42,632 nt of DNA, taken from the NCBI RefSeq assembly GCF_001194135.2, contig NC_069008.1, forward strand, positions 9,377,561 to 9,420,192. Reading direction: 5' to 3'. This DNA is from Octopus bimaculoides (lineage: Eukaryota). Numbering within the stretch: position 1 is the stretch's first letter; each line of letters starts with the position of its first letter. Shown in pieces: positions 10,500 through 21,565 of the stretch. The notes under the pieces are model-generated. The model was given only the letters and a program-made list of their open reading frames with translations. It did no database searches and was not told the origin of the DNA. The position numbers and the translations under genes were made by a program.

Positions 10500-11346
10500 G
10501 GTGCTGGTGGAAGCCTCGGAAATTTTACTCATTTATATTGTGTAATTCACTGACAAATTGTTGCACACCTCTTTGTTTCATTGTTGTTGTGAAATATAAA
10601 CAAAACTCTTTCGCTCCCAAAGTAGTATATGTGCGTGTGTGTGAGAGGGGGAGAAAGGTGAATGATTTAAAATAAATAAATGATTTAAAATAAATATATT
10701 TTAATTGTTGCTTGAGAAAGTATATATAATCTCATTATAAAATATAGTGTCTTTCAAAAACATCCTATATTTGAAAGTATATCTCATGTTTAAGAAAAAA
10801 AAAAGCATTTCACATTTTCATTTTTCAGGAATGCTGACACTGTCTTCCTTACTCCCCTCTCCCACTTTTTCTTTCGTTAGACGCTTTCTGTCTTCCTCTC
10901 CCACTTTTTCATTACTTTTTTTTTTGTTAGACGCTGGCAAACAAACTGTCTTGCTTACAAAAATTTTATTTCCTTAGACGCTTTCTGTCTCCCTCTCCCA
11001 CTTTTTCTTTACTTTTTTTGTTAAACACTAGCAAACAATCTGTATCTCTCCCTCACTCCCCCTGTCACAAACACTATTCCTCTCTCTCTCTCTCCTTCAT
11101 GCGCATATGCACATTTTGACTTCGCCATGTTAACAAACTTCAAAATTGGTAAAAGTTATGGTTGAAAATCGATTTTTATAGCTATACGCGGGTGCTTCTG
11201 AGAGAAAAAGTTGACGAAAATGCAGATAAGGTCATGATGAATGTCCTCCTAAAATTGGAGCGACATGCATGCTAATTTGTGAACGTGCATAGACTACATT
11301 CACGTACACACACACACACACACATCCTGCCTTTTATATATAGGGA
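10500..11346 (-). mobile_element. Helitron-like non-autonomous element (3' end unresolved)
   Basis: Minus strand begins A|TCCCTATATATAAAAGGCAGGA(TG)n, the same style as the Helitron 5' end at 16206; internal imperfect ~100-bp tandem duplication at about 10876-11043. Confidence 0.45.
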
Positions 11347-11350
11347 TATA

Positions 11351-12164
11351 TGAGGTGGTATGGCAGCACACAGTTGCATGTGCATTGACAGCTAGCAGTG
11401 ACTTGCATGAGGCAGTGTGCTAAGTGATATCTCTGTGTTTACTTCACAAATTGTGCAGCACAAGTCTGCGATTTTGTCATGGACAGGAAGTTGGAACAAA
11501 GAGCTAACATGAAATTTTGCATTAAACTTAGGAAGTCTGCTAAAAAAACATTAAGCATGCTTTGCCAAGCTTACAGTGATGAGGCAATGGGTTGTACGCA
11601 ATGTTTCAACTGGTATAGGCACTTCAAAAGTGGAAGAACAAAGACCTACCACAAGAGTCATCTCTGGAAATATGGTGTTGTGCATCGAGAATTTGTCCTC
11701 CAGGGCCACACCATCAACCGAGAGTTCTACTGTGATGTTTTGAAGTGGTTGAGGGAGGACATTCAGCGAAGGCAAGTGAATCTGTGGAGCGCGAAGAGTT
11801 GAATTCTTCACTGAGCTCACCTCAATTGTGAGTTTCTCACCAAAAACAATATGGTGTCCTTTCTGCACCTGCCCTATTCACCAGATTTAGCACCTGTGGA
11901 CTTCCATCTCTTCCCCAAGATGAAAAGGCAGCTCAAAGGTTTCTATTTTAACAAGGTTGTTGAGATCCAAAGTGTATCGCAGAATATCCTCAACTTGCTT
12001 ATGGAAAATGACTTCCAGACTGGATTCCAAAAGTGGCAGGAAAACTAGAACCAGTGTATTGCTGCACAAGTTGAGCATCTTGAAGGAGATGATGTTAAAA
12101 TTTAGGTGAGTAAGTTATTTTTTATTAATCATACCTAGTCAGGGAACCTATTGATATCACCTCA
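11351..12164 (+). mobile_element. Internally deleted mariner element (second family)
   Basis: TA-flanked ends TGAGGTGGTAT / ATATCACCTCA; HTH (EQRANMKFC...CFNWYRHFKSGR) joined directly to GVVHREF...PYSPDLAPVDFHLFPKMK. Confidence 0.9.
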
Positions 12165-12209
12165 TATNNNNNNNNNNNNNNNNNNNNNNNNNNNNNNNNN
12201 NNNNNNNNN

Positions 12210-12242
<33 letters not shown>

Positions 12243-12465
12243 CATATGTATATTTGTAATGCAATATATGGATTCATAGAATCCTGTGGCAATCACAGAA
12301 AGCTCCTCTAGTGGACACAGCTACCATACCACATAGCAATCCAATACAGAGGAGTATAATGCAGTGTTCTATAAAGTTATTTCATGAGGAGTATATAGAC
12401 CATATAAAGTCAGGAGGTATGAGAGGTGAATATATAGATATATATATTTAACTACTTGATATCTA

Positions 12466-12627
12466 TAGGATTACAGCCATTTTTCAACCTTGAACATGTA
12501 ATAATAACTTAGGTGTATAATAAATTATTTTATATACCTGCACTAATATTCATGCTATACATTGCACAGTATAATTGTACATTTACAAATCAATGCAGAT
12601 ATACAAGGCTAGCTCTTCAGATCACTA
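12466..12627 (-). ncRNA. Decayed hammerhead motif with ~128-nt stem II insert
   Basis: Minus strand: UAGUGAU CUGAAGA GCU AGCCUUG...CAAGGUU GAAA AAUGGCU GUA AUCCUA; homologous to 26396-26562. Confidence 0.45.
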
Positions 12628-12749
12628 GAACATCATGGTTACACCAATGCTTCAACTTTATATCCTTTATATACACAATATGTGGAATAACTGATAGAAT
12701 TAGATTGATATTATCAATAAAGAATAAATGTAAATGATAAAGACGTTTG

Positions 12750-13040
12750 TGTGAGGTAGTATCAAAAAGTTCCAGAACTAGATATGTTTAATAAAAAAAA
12801 ACTTATTTACTTAAGTTTTAATATAATCTTCTTTGAAATAATCACCTTGTACAGCAACACACTGATCCCAGCTTTCCTGCACTTTTGGAATCTGGCCTGG
12901 AAGTCATTTTCTGTAAGCGTTGAGGACCTTCTGTGATTCACTGTGGATCTCAACAATGGTATTAAAATGGTGACTTTTGAGTTGCCTTTTCATCTTGGGG
13001 AAGAGATGGAAGTCTGCAGGTGCTAAACCTGGTGAATATT
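12750..13040 (-). mobile_element. 3' end of mariner, same family as 11351-12164, opposite orientation
   Basis: YSPGLAPADFHLFPKMKRQLKSHHFNTIVEI on the minus strand; TIR TGAGGTAGTATCAAAAAGTTCC. Confidence 0.85.
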
Positions 13041-13309
13041 TATGTGTAACACTGTGTATAAACTCTGTATTTGGAATGAACAATTTCAAAGACTGTTGGA
13101 TTTTACTCATAGGGTATTGGAATTTTAATAATTGATTTACAAAGGCAATGACCAATCTTAAAGACTATTGGATTTTACTCACAAGGTATTGGAATCTTAT
13201 AGTATACGATTCTGCCTAAACAATGGATTTCCAAATACAATATCCCTGCATTCACTCTCTATTTCCTATCTTATCTAAATTAACTATTGCTTAACCATCC
13301 TCTCACACC

Positions 13310-13357
13310 GTCTCTGATGAAGGGATATAATAAATATCCTGGAAACAGCTGTAAGAC
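13310..13357 (+). ncRNA. Minimal type I hammerhead ribozyme motif, intact core
   Basis: GUCU CUGAUGA A GGGAUAU AAUAA AUAUCCU G GAAA CAGCUG UA AGAC. Stem I 4 bp, stem II 7 bp, palindromic stem III, predicted cleavage after 13353. Confidence 0.75.
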
Positions 13358-13941
13358 CTTCTATTTATAAATGTTCTAAAACATACACAACCTTAGATTT
13401 TTATCTCATTACTTAAAGTAAATCCTTATATATACACAGGCTGATATATGACCTATGTTGGACCCCTTATTTGCATAATCACCAAACCTGGAGCTTAACT
13501 ATGGTCTATTCTTAGCACTTACGCAGCATTACCTGAGACCTCTGGGTCTAATTGACACCATTGCCGCACATAACCTCTATATATATATATATATATATTA
13601 TTACATAAACACTACATACACACACACATATATTTATATTGATGTGTGTGTGTGTGGGTGTGGGTGTGTGTGGGTGTACATGCCTGAGTGCATGTATGTG
13701 TGTGAGTATGTAAATAAAACTATATCTGTATATACTAGAAATGAAAATCAACATAATACTGAAAGGTATGTATGGCAATTAACAGAAAGAACAAAAAGCA
13801 GACATGGATAAAGTCACTTCATCAGTCAAGCTTTAACCCTGAGTCCTAATGACTTTGATGCTGAAAAATCTTGGAGTTTGTCCTTTCCGTTACTTGTTAT
13901 ATACAACTGTGATGAGTATTATTTTGATGAGTATTATTTTG

Positions 13942-13977
<36 letters not shown>

Positions 13978-14171
13978 ACATATGAACTAATGAAGGAAAT
14001 TTCAACATAGTAGCTAGGTCTGGCAGAAATAATAGCAAACTTCCCTTCAAATCACACCCTTACTATCCTACCCTCTAAAATAATGACAGGTTACATTAGA
14101 TAATGAAATTCAAAATATCACTAAGATGACATGGTCAGAAATGGAATGCTAGTGATTATACTTTAAATAAG

Positions 14172-16198
14172 ATGAGATGCAGTTTGGTTTTATACGTGGG
14201 TAGAATACCACAAATACCATCTTCCGGATCTTTTTTAAAACGGGGGCCACATTTTTCATTAATGTTTTACGTAGTGCTTTTGGTACCGAAAGACTTTCAA
14301 ACTTCGTATACTTATCTATTTTGTGTTATAGAACAGAAAAATATTTTTGTATTCGAATTTATTTCATGTAAAAAATTGTCTTATTTCGATAATTTCAACC
14401 AATCACTGACGTCCATTCAGCCGATATACATTAAGTGCCGACTACATAAACAAACGATTCTTCGTTTTATTTGCTTTTTTCATTTTAAATTTGCTTTAAC
14501 CCTAACCCTAACCCTAACCCTAACCCTAACTCTAACCCTAGGGTTAGGGTTAGAGTTAGGGTTAGGGTTAGGGTTAATTGTTTCAGAATCGTTTGTTTAT
14601 GTAGTCGGCACTTAATGTATATCGGCTGAATGGACGTCAGTGATTGGTTGAAATTACAGAAATACGACNNNNNNNNNNCATGTAAAAAATTGTCTTATTT
14701 CGATAATTTCAACCAATCACTGACGTCCATTCAGCCGATATACATTAAGTGCCGACTACATAAACAAACGATTCTTCGTTTTATTTGCTTTTTTCATTTT
14801 AAATTTGCTTTAACCCTAACCCTAACCCTAACCCTAACTCTAACCCTAGGGTTAGGGTTAGAGTTAGGGTTAGGGTTAGGGTTAATTGTTTCAGAATCGT
14901 TTGTTTATGTAGTCGGCACTTAATGTATATCGGCTGAATGGACGTCAGTGATTGGTTGAAATTACAGAAATACGACAACTTTAACATGGAATAATTTATG
15001 GATTTCTTTTTTTTTTAAGAAGACTAAGAGAAAAAGATGTTTTATATGACACATTCTACCAGTGATCCAAGTTTCAAAGTGTTTCGTTAATGAAAAATGT
15101 GGCCCCCGTTTTAAAAAAGATCCCATCTTCCTAGTGAGACAGCTGCAGGAAAAGTATTTGATCAAAAGTAAGCCACTATATTTAGCTTTCATTGACCTGG
15201 AGAAAGCTTTTGACAGAGTCCTGTGCTCTGTTATATAGTGGTCTCTAAGGATGCTAGGAGTAGAGGAGTGGCTTGTTAGAATCATACAAGCCATGTACAG
15301 AGATGCTGTCAGTAAGGTGAGAGTTGGCCATGAATACAGTGATGAATTTAGCATACAGGTAGGGGTTCACCAGGGCTCAGTTCTTAATCCACTCCTATTC
15401 ATCATAGTCCTCTAGGCCATAACAGAGAAATTCAAAACTGGATACCATGGGAACTTCTATACACTGATGGCCTCATTCTTATTGCAGAATCTGTAGCAGA
15501 ATTGGAGAAGAAATTCCAGGTATGGAAGCAAAACCTGGAATCAAAGGACCTTAAAGTTAATCTAGCTAAGACCAAAGTTGTTGTTAGCAAGAAAGTAGAT
15601 AAGACTCTATCTCTCTCAGATAAACAGCCCTGCTCAATTTGTTGGAAAGGGGTGGGCAGTAATTCCATTTGCTGTACCAAATGTAAGCTATGGACACATA
15701 AGAGATGCAGTGGAATTACAGGTAGATTAACAGATAAGTTCACCTTTGTGTGTGACAGATGTACAGGAACAATAAACACTAAGAGCACATGAGACTTAGA
15801 CTCTCTCAAATGTCCAGTTGGCTCTCTTGAGGTAGTAGATAGTTTCTGTTACCTAGGTGACCAAATTAGCAATTGGTGTGGATGCTCTGAAAGTATTGTT
15901 TCTAGAACACAAATAGCATGGAGGAAGTTCAGAGAACTACTACTTCTGTTGACAAAAAAATGATTCTCTCTCAGAGTGAAAAGTAGATTGCATGATGCTT
16001 GTATATGAACAGCTATATTCCATGATAGTGAGACATGAGATCTGGATGCAGAGGACATGCACAGATTTGAAAGGAATGAAGGCAGTATGCTCTACTGGAT
16101 GTACAGCATCAATGTGCATGAACAACAGAGTGCAAATGTGTTGAGAGAAAATTTAGGCATAAGAGGAATCAGGTGCAGCATGCAAGAGACAAGACTGC
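14172..16198 (+). mobile_element. RTE-clade LINE RT fragment, interrupted by the MITE at 14226-15123
   Basis: DEMQFGF...TIF|LVRQLQEKY..KPLYLAFIDLEKAFDRV, VGVHQGSVLNPLLFII, C4HC3 finger, RIAWRKFRELL; stops and frameshifts present. Confidence 0.92.
14226..15123. mobile_element. Non-autonomous DNA transposon (Merlin-like) with internal telomeric palindrome
   Basis: 39-bp TIRs beginning GGATC (14226-14264 and 15085-15123, one mismatch); 8-bp TSD CATCTTCC (14218-14225 and 15124-15131). Superfamily inferred from GG termini plus the 8-bp TSD. Confidence 0.8.
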
Positions 16199-16205
16199 AT
16201 ATATA

Positions 16206-17165
16206 TCTATGTATATAAAATTGAATGTCTGTCCGTTTGTTTGTTTGTTTGTTTGTCTGTCAAAATGAAAGTAAAGATAGCAAATCTGTAGGAGTAGTCT
16301 CACCCTGGTTCACATTCAAAACTGAATATTTCAATTCTCCTTGGGAATACAGCCTATCAAGCTAAACAATAGTAATTAGGGAGATATATAAGCAGTAATG
16401 AGGCCTTTTGGCATATATTTAGATTCCTAATCCACGAAAGGCACCCAGCCATTCAACAACTTTCTGTGCATTTAGAAAATGGTCAAAGGGTTTACTTCAT
16501 GGATGAGACAGCTGCCAATCAAGTTTCAAATCCGAAGGATACCACTTTAACAGCCTTTTCCAATCTTTGTCGGAGGAACAATTTCTTTCCAAAAACACTG
16601 CTATATCACAAGGTTCCTCTGTTATTACACATGGAGTAATAATAAATGGAACAGACGCAAAATTGGTACAAAAGTTCAGGGTCATTCTGGGATTAAGTTT
16701 GGAACAACAATTGGTAGATTATACACTGTACATCCTAACCAAAATGAATGCTTTCATCTCAGAATGCTTCTACATGTAAAAAGAGGACCAACTTCATGGG
16801 AAAGTTTGAAACAAGTTTATGGTGAGATTTGCAGAATGCATTGAGAATCACGTTTGAAGGTTTGCTTGCAAATGATCGGCAACAGGAAGCAACACTGGAA
16901 GAAGCTTCAATATCAAAAACACCAAAGAGTTTAAGAGGTCTTTTTGCTATTATTCTCAAAAATTGTGAAGTAAGTAATCCTTTTGAACTGTGGAATGAGT
17001 TCAGAAATGATCTTGATGAAGATTTCAAGCACCAACTTCGGTTGAGTAATCCTGAGCAAGATATTGGTTTTACTGATGCTGCATACAATGCGGCTTTGAT
17101 TGAAATTATTTCGATGGCAGATGAACCTATAGAAAATTTAGGTTTCCTACTAACTAATAGATGAC
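16206..17165 (+). mobile_element. Helitron remnant: 5' end plus RepHel interdomain fragment
   Basis: A|TC start with TATATAAAA and (GTTT)n; QLSVHLENGQRVYF, TTLTAFF, GRLYTVHPNQNECFY, TLEEAS...LRGLFAIILKNCEVSNPFELW. Confidence 0.9.
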
Positions 17166-17169
17166 TCCC

Positions 17170-17415
17170 TTGGCCTTGCATTAGCCTCTCACTGGACAGT
17201 CATTGTACACCCTGCAAGAGCAACTGGCCTCTTCCCACATTTTATGGGTGTTAGCTAATATACTTTTCATATTGGGTGCACAACTAAAGGAAACCCTTAG
17301 CTTGTGCCTATTGATCAAACATCTGTATCTGTGTTTGTCTACTAATCTGAGGAATATTCTTTCCACACAAGTTTGATGTTGAATGAGAAGGGTGAGGCAA
17401 ACCAAACGATGTTTC
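17170..17415 (-). mobile_element. Penelope-like element ORF fragment
   Basis: RIFLRLVDKH...HKLRVSFSCAPNMKSILA...CSCR..DCPVRG, the linker just before a PLE GIY-YIG domain. Confidence 0.75.
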
Positions 17416-17424
17416 AGTGTTTCT

Positions 17425-17627
17425 CTGACTGGCTGCCATGTCGGTGGCACGTAAAAAGCACCCACTACACTCTCGGAGTGGTTAGCGTTAGGAAGGGCAT
17501 CCAGCTGTAGAAACCTTACCAGATCAGATTGGAGCCTGGTGCAGCCTCCTGGCTTACCAGTCTTCAGTCAAACCGTCCAACTCATGCCAGCATGGAAAAC
17601 GGACATTAAACGATGATGATGATGATG
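17425..17627 (+). mobile_element. RTE-type retroposon 3' tail
   Basis: Same motif set as 285-468 with a (GAT)n tail. Confidence 0.85.
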
Positions 17628-17688
17628 GTATATATAATAAGAAAAGGGAGGAAAAGAATTTCGATTATTCCCACGTGGTGAGTTGTAA

Positions 17689-17800
<112 letters not shown>

Positions 17801-18611
17801 AGTCAATCTAGCATGCATGAAGTGGATTCGATCCACTATAGCCAAATTTAAATTAACACTGCAACAGAACTTTTCCCTTGGTGGAACAAAGGTTTTTCTC
17901 TGACAGCAGTTTTACATTTTCCAGATGCCTTTAGCTAAGCCCGATATAATGTCTTCACCACTTGACGCTTTCTAACCTCTTCTACTCCACCAAAAGCTAG
18001 AATAGAGATAACAAGGCCACCAACTAAATCTATTGTTTTCAATGATATGTCTATCCTTCTGGGTAGTTATAAAAGCAAGAAACCCCAAGCAAAATCGAAG
18101 TAGTCACTTGGCGAAAACAGAGCGAGGCAGCTCGTGACAACTCAATTAGTTAGGAAACGGACTACTATAATCATAACCACAATGAATGCGACTACTAAGA
18201 AAATAGTTAGCAAGAGAAATGAAGTTTACTGTCAGCAACTGTGAGACAACGTCCCACACCCTACATCTTTCACTATTCTCTTACAACACCACTATCTCTC
18301 TCTCTCTGGATTACTACTAAACAATGAAGAGGACACAAACACAAACTTTACTTCGCGTGTTTATGGATCTATTATAACCTGCCCGTCGTGGTATGGTATT
18401 TTTCAACGTAACGATAAATAAATATTTTCTTAAAACTTCATGCATTGTTTGTCTTTCACATCCTACAACATGCTGCAATTATAACAACAAATCTTACCCG
18501 CTACAATTGGTAACTACACAAATTATTATTGTTACATATATATATAAATAAAAGGAAAATACACACAGTTTACATAGTTTTAATATATTTTAAATGAAAA
18601 AGTATTGTGGT

Positions 18612-18644
18612 TGTCGACCGGTTTCGCTTTTGCAAATCATGACA
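18612..18644 (-). ncRNA. Ultra-minimal hammerhead-like motif, A3:U8 variant (A9 mutated in this arm)
   Basis: Minus strand: UGUC AUGAUUU GC AAAA GC GAAA CCGG UC GACA. Confidence 0.5.
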
Positions 18645-18782
18645 TTGAAATTATTGTAATTTTGTATTTTCTTAAGAAGATTTTAGTCCATGCTCTTGTA
18701 TGAAAGTTTGATTCATTCACAAACTTTCATACAAAAACATGTACTAAAATCTTAAGAAAATACAAAATTACAATAATTTCAA

Positions 18783-18815
18783 TGTCATGATTAGCAAAAG
18801 CAAAACCAGTCGACA
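18783..18815 (+). ncRNA. Ultra-minimal hammerhead-like motif, A3:U8 variant (G12 mutated in this arm)
   Basis: UGUC AUGAUUA GC AAAA GC AAAA CCAG UC GACA. Confidence 0.5.
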
Positions 18816-18840
18816 ACCACAATACTCTTTCATTTAAAAT

Positions 18841-18888
18841 AACCGTTCAACCCATGCCAGCAGGGACAATGGACGTTAAATGATGATA

Positions 18889-18931
<43 letters not shown>

Positions 18932-18935
18932 CGAT
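18841..18935 (+). mobile_element. Extreme 3' RTE-type tail with expanded (GAT)n
   Basis: AACCCATGCCAGCA...GGACGTTAAA followed by a (GAT)n run. Confidence 0.75.
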
Positions 18936-18959
18936 AAAAAGAGTTTGCCATACTGTTTA

Positions 18960-19330
18960 ATAGCACAGGCCAGCCTGTGCTCTTATATACAAGTGAGACA
19001 TGGGCAACTATGAAGAGGATGGAACATTGATTAGCTACAACACAAAGGGCTAATGACAGATCAATGTTAGGTGTATCGTTACAAGAGCATATTCAAAATG
19101 AGATAATTTGAGAACAGAGTGCAGTGAATAACATGACCGCAGAGTAACAAAAGTCCAAGTTCTGCTGGGCCAGACATGTTTCATGGTTCACAGACAACTG
19201 ATAGACCCGTGAGACTGGAAATGGTATTCAAGAGATTGGAAATGGTCAACTGGAAGGTCGCCACAATGATGAGAAGACAATTTGAGTCAAGGTGGAAAAG
19301 AATGGTTCAATCAAAACAAAATTGGAAGCG
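18960..19330 (+). mobile_element. Old RTE-like LINE C-terminal fragment
   Basis: Degenerate KFCWARHVSWFTD..., resembling the RTE (K)WRWAGHVAR motif. Confidence 0.5.
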
Positions 19331-19404
19331 CATTGTAACAGCATCTGATGTTCTGATAGATACTGTGAGATATATATACACACACACACACACATCTATG
19401 TGCA

Positions 19405-19560
19405 GGGGTGGCTGTGTGACTAAGTAGTATGTTTCCCAACCACATAGTTCCAGGTTCAGTCCCACTGCATGTTACCTTGGGAAAGTATTCTCCACTATAA
19501 CCTTGGGCTGATCAAAGCCTCATGAGTAGATTGGTAGATGGAAACTGAAAGGAGCGTGTC
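19405..19560 (+). mobile_element. tRNA-headed SINE (CORE-like)
   Basis: GTGGCTGTGTG..AAGT..GTTTCCCAACCACAT..GGTTCAGTCCCACTG...CCTTGGG; homologous to 42265-42420. Confidence 0.8.
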
Positions 19561-19577
19561 ATATATATCATGATGAT

Positions 19578-19850
19578 GATCATCATCATTTAATGTCCAT
19601 TTTCCATGCTGGCATGGGTTAGACAGTTTGACTGGTATTGATGAACCAGAGAGCTGTACCAGGCCCCAGTCATCTGTTTTGGCTTAGTTTCTACAGTTGG
19701 ATGCCCTTTCTAATTCCAACCACTTTACAGAATGTACTGGGTGTTTTTTATGTGTCACCAGAACGAGTGCCTATTACATGTCACTGGCACTGGAGACTTT
19801 TGCATGTCACTGACACAAGTACCATTTACATATCACCAACACTGGCAATG
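19578..19850 (-). mobile_element. RTE-type retroposon 3' tail, diverged
   Basis: (CAT)n followed by TTTAATGTCCATTTTCCATGCTGGCATGGGTT...CAGTTGGATGCCCTT. Confidence 0.75.
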
Positions 19851-20168
19851 ACCACGATTCACTTACCTTATGTGTGTGTGTGTATGTGTTTGTGTGTATA
19901 CATATATGTGTGTGTATGCGTATATGTGTGTAACTGTGAGGCAGTGTGAAAAGACTAGACGTTTATAACAATCAGATGCCATCTATATGATCAGCTTCTA
20001 CACATTTTCCACCTACCCAGTTTTTCTCAGAAGGCCATGTAAAATGACACATGTCCAAGATATCATGCAATGAAATCAAAACTGAAAGCTGATGATAGCA
20101 AACTGAAACATTCTGCATATTGCACCTACTATTACTACCTTTGTACATGTCTTTGTATACATGCACAT

Positions 20169-20228
<60 letters not shown>

Positions 20229-20643
20229 GTGAAATGTGTACATACATAAGTGGCAAGTTTATAGAGTCAGAACATTAGATAAAATGCATTGCAGTATTTG
20301 TTGTTTCAGGTTCTCTGCAATCTGATTTCAAAACTTGCAGAAAACCATCAGTGTATTTCATTCTGTTGAGGTCAATCTGCACTGGGGGAAGGTTGGGCTC
20401 CACCAGTTTAAGAATGCTCAAGACATGCTATATGTCAGAGCACACTTACTCCATCAGAAGTGGCAGAACCTAAGGAAGGATGGATATGGGTGTACACACA
20501 CACACACACACATACACACACACATAGAAGAGAGAGAGAGAGAGAGCGCGTGCGGAGTGTGCTTGTATAACATGATAGCCAGGCAAACAGATTTAAAGCT
20601 AGTAACTATAAATCTTAGATAATCAGATAAGTAAACAGATAAG

Positions 20644-20699
<56 letters not shown>

Positions 20700-20974
20700 A
20701 TGGATGGATGGATGGATAGAAAGACAGACAGACAGGTAGATAGATAGACTGACAGATAGAGAAATAGACAGGGAGACAGGCAGATACACGGGTAGGTAGG
20801 CTGGGAGATAGATAAACATCCAAACAGACAGATAAATTGTTCAATTGATTGACTGATATATCAATTATTCAATCTACACAAAAACAACATACCTGCCTCA
20901 GACCAGCCAACAAGTCCGACGTGTTCCAATTTACTCTGTAGACCGAGACTCTTGAACATCGAAGACACCCAAAT

Positions 20975-21530
20975 ATCTTGCATGTTTTGTAAACCGTCAC
21001 CTATTGTTTTCTTTCACGTTAGCCAGCTTCTCTCGCTGCTCTCTCACTCCTTTCTCCCTTCTCCGCTGCTCTCTCACTCCTTTTCTCCCTTCCCCGTTGC
21101 TCTCTTTCCTTTTCTCCAGCTAAGCCAGTCTCCCGCTGTCTTTCTAACGCTGACCTCTTCACTCTTTTCTTCTCCGCTGTTCTCTCTGTCAATCTCTTGT
21201 TGTTTTTACCCCTTCTTTTTCTCTCCTACTTCCTACCTCAGCCTCTCTCTCTTTCTCTGACACTCTGGTCTCTTCCCTCTCCTTCCTAACTTAGCCAATT
21301 TGCCTCTCTTCCTCTCTCTTCTCTCTCTCTCTCTAATTTTATTATCGCTTTTCCTGTTACTCTTACTTTCTTCCTTTTTTTACTTATTTTACTGCCTCTC
21401 ACTGCCATTCCTTGTTCGCTTGCCACTCTCTTTCTCCTCCGCTGTCTTCCTCCCCCCTCCTCTCTCATGCTGCATCTGTTATTGCTGCTGCTGCTATTAT
21501 TATTGCTGTTGTTGCAGCTGTTGATGTTAT
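20975..21530. repeat. Pyrimidine-rich low-complexity tract followed by (TGC/TGT/TAT)n triplets
   Basis: CT-rich tract with a short internal duplication (CGCTGCTCTCTCACTCCTTT twice). Confidence 0.85.
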
Positions 21531-21565
21531 TACTGTTTAGCCGGAGCCAGCCCTATTCAAACAGA

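Larger units (their letters stand above)
18586..18841. repeat. Fold-back palindrome (~125-bp arms, 9-nt loop)
   Basis: 18586-18710 matches the reverse complement of 18720-18841, with a 3-nt indel and a few substitutions. Confidence 0.95.

Noticed and set aside
13088-13203. ~72-bp-period duplication upstream of the 13.3-kb ribozyme
   Set aside because: Two diverged units only; an ordinary local tandem duplication with no further structure seen.
14497-14576. True telomere or chromosome-fusion site
   Set aside because: The short array sits inside a TIR- and TSD-bounded element.
14365-14976. Apparent ~304-bp tandem duplication inside the MITE
   Set aside because: The copies flank a 10-N join and differ by only one TAACCC unit, so they are most likely overlapping contig ends or two haplotypes.
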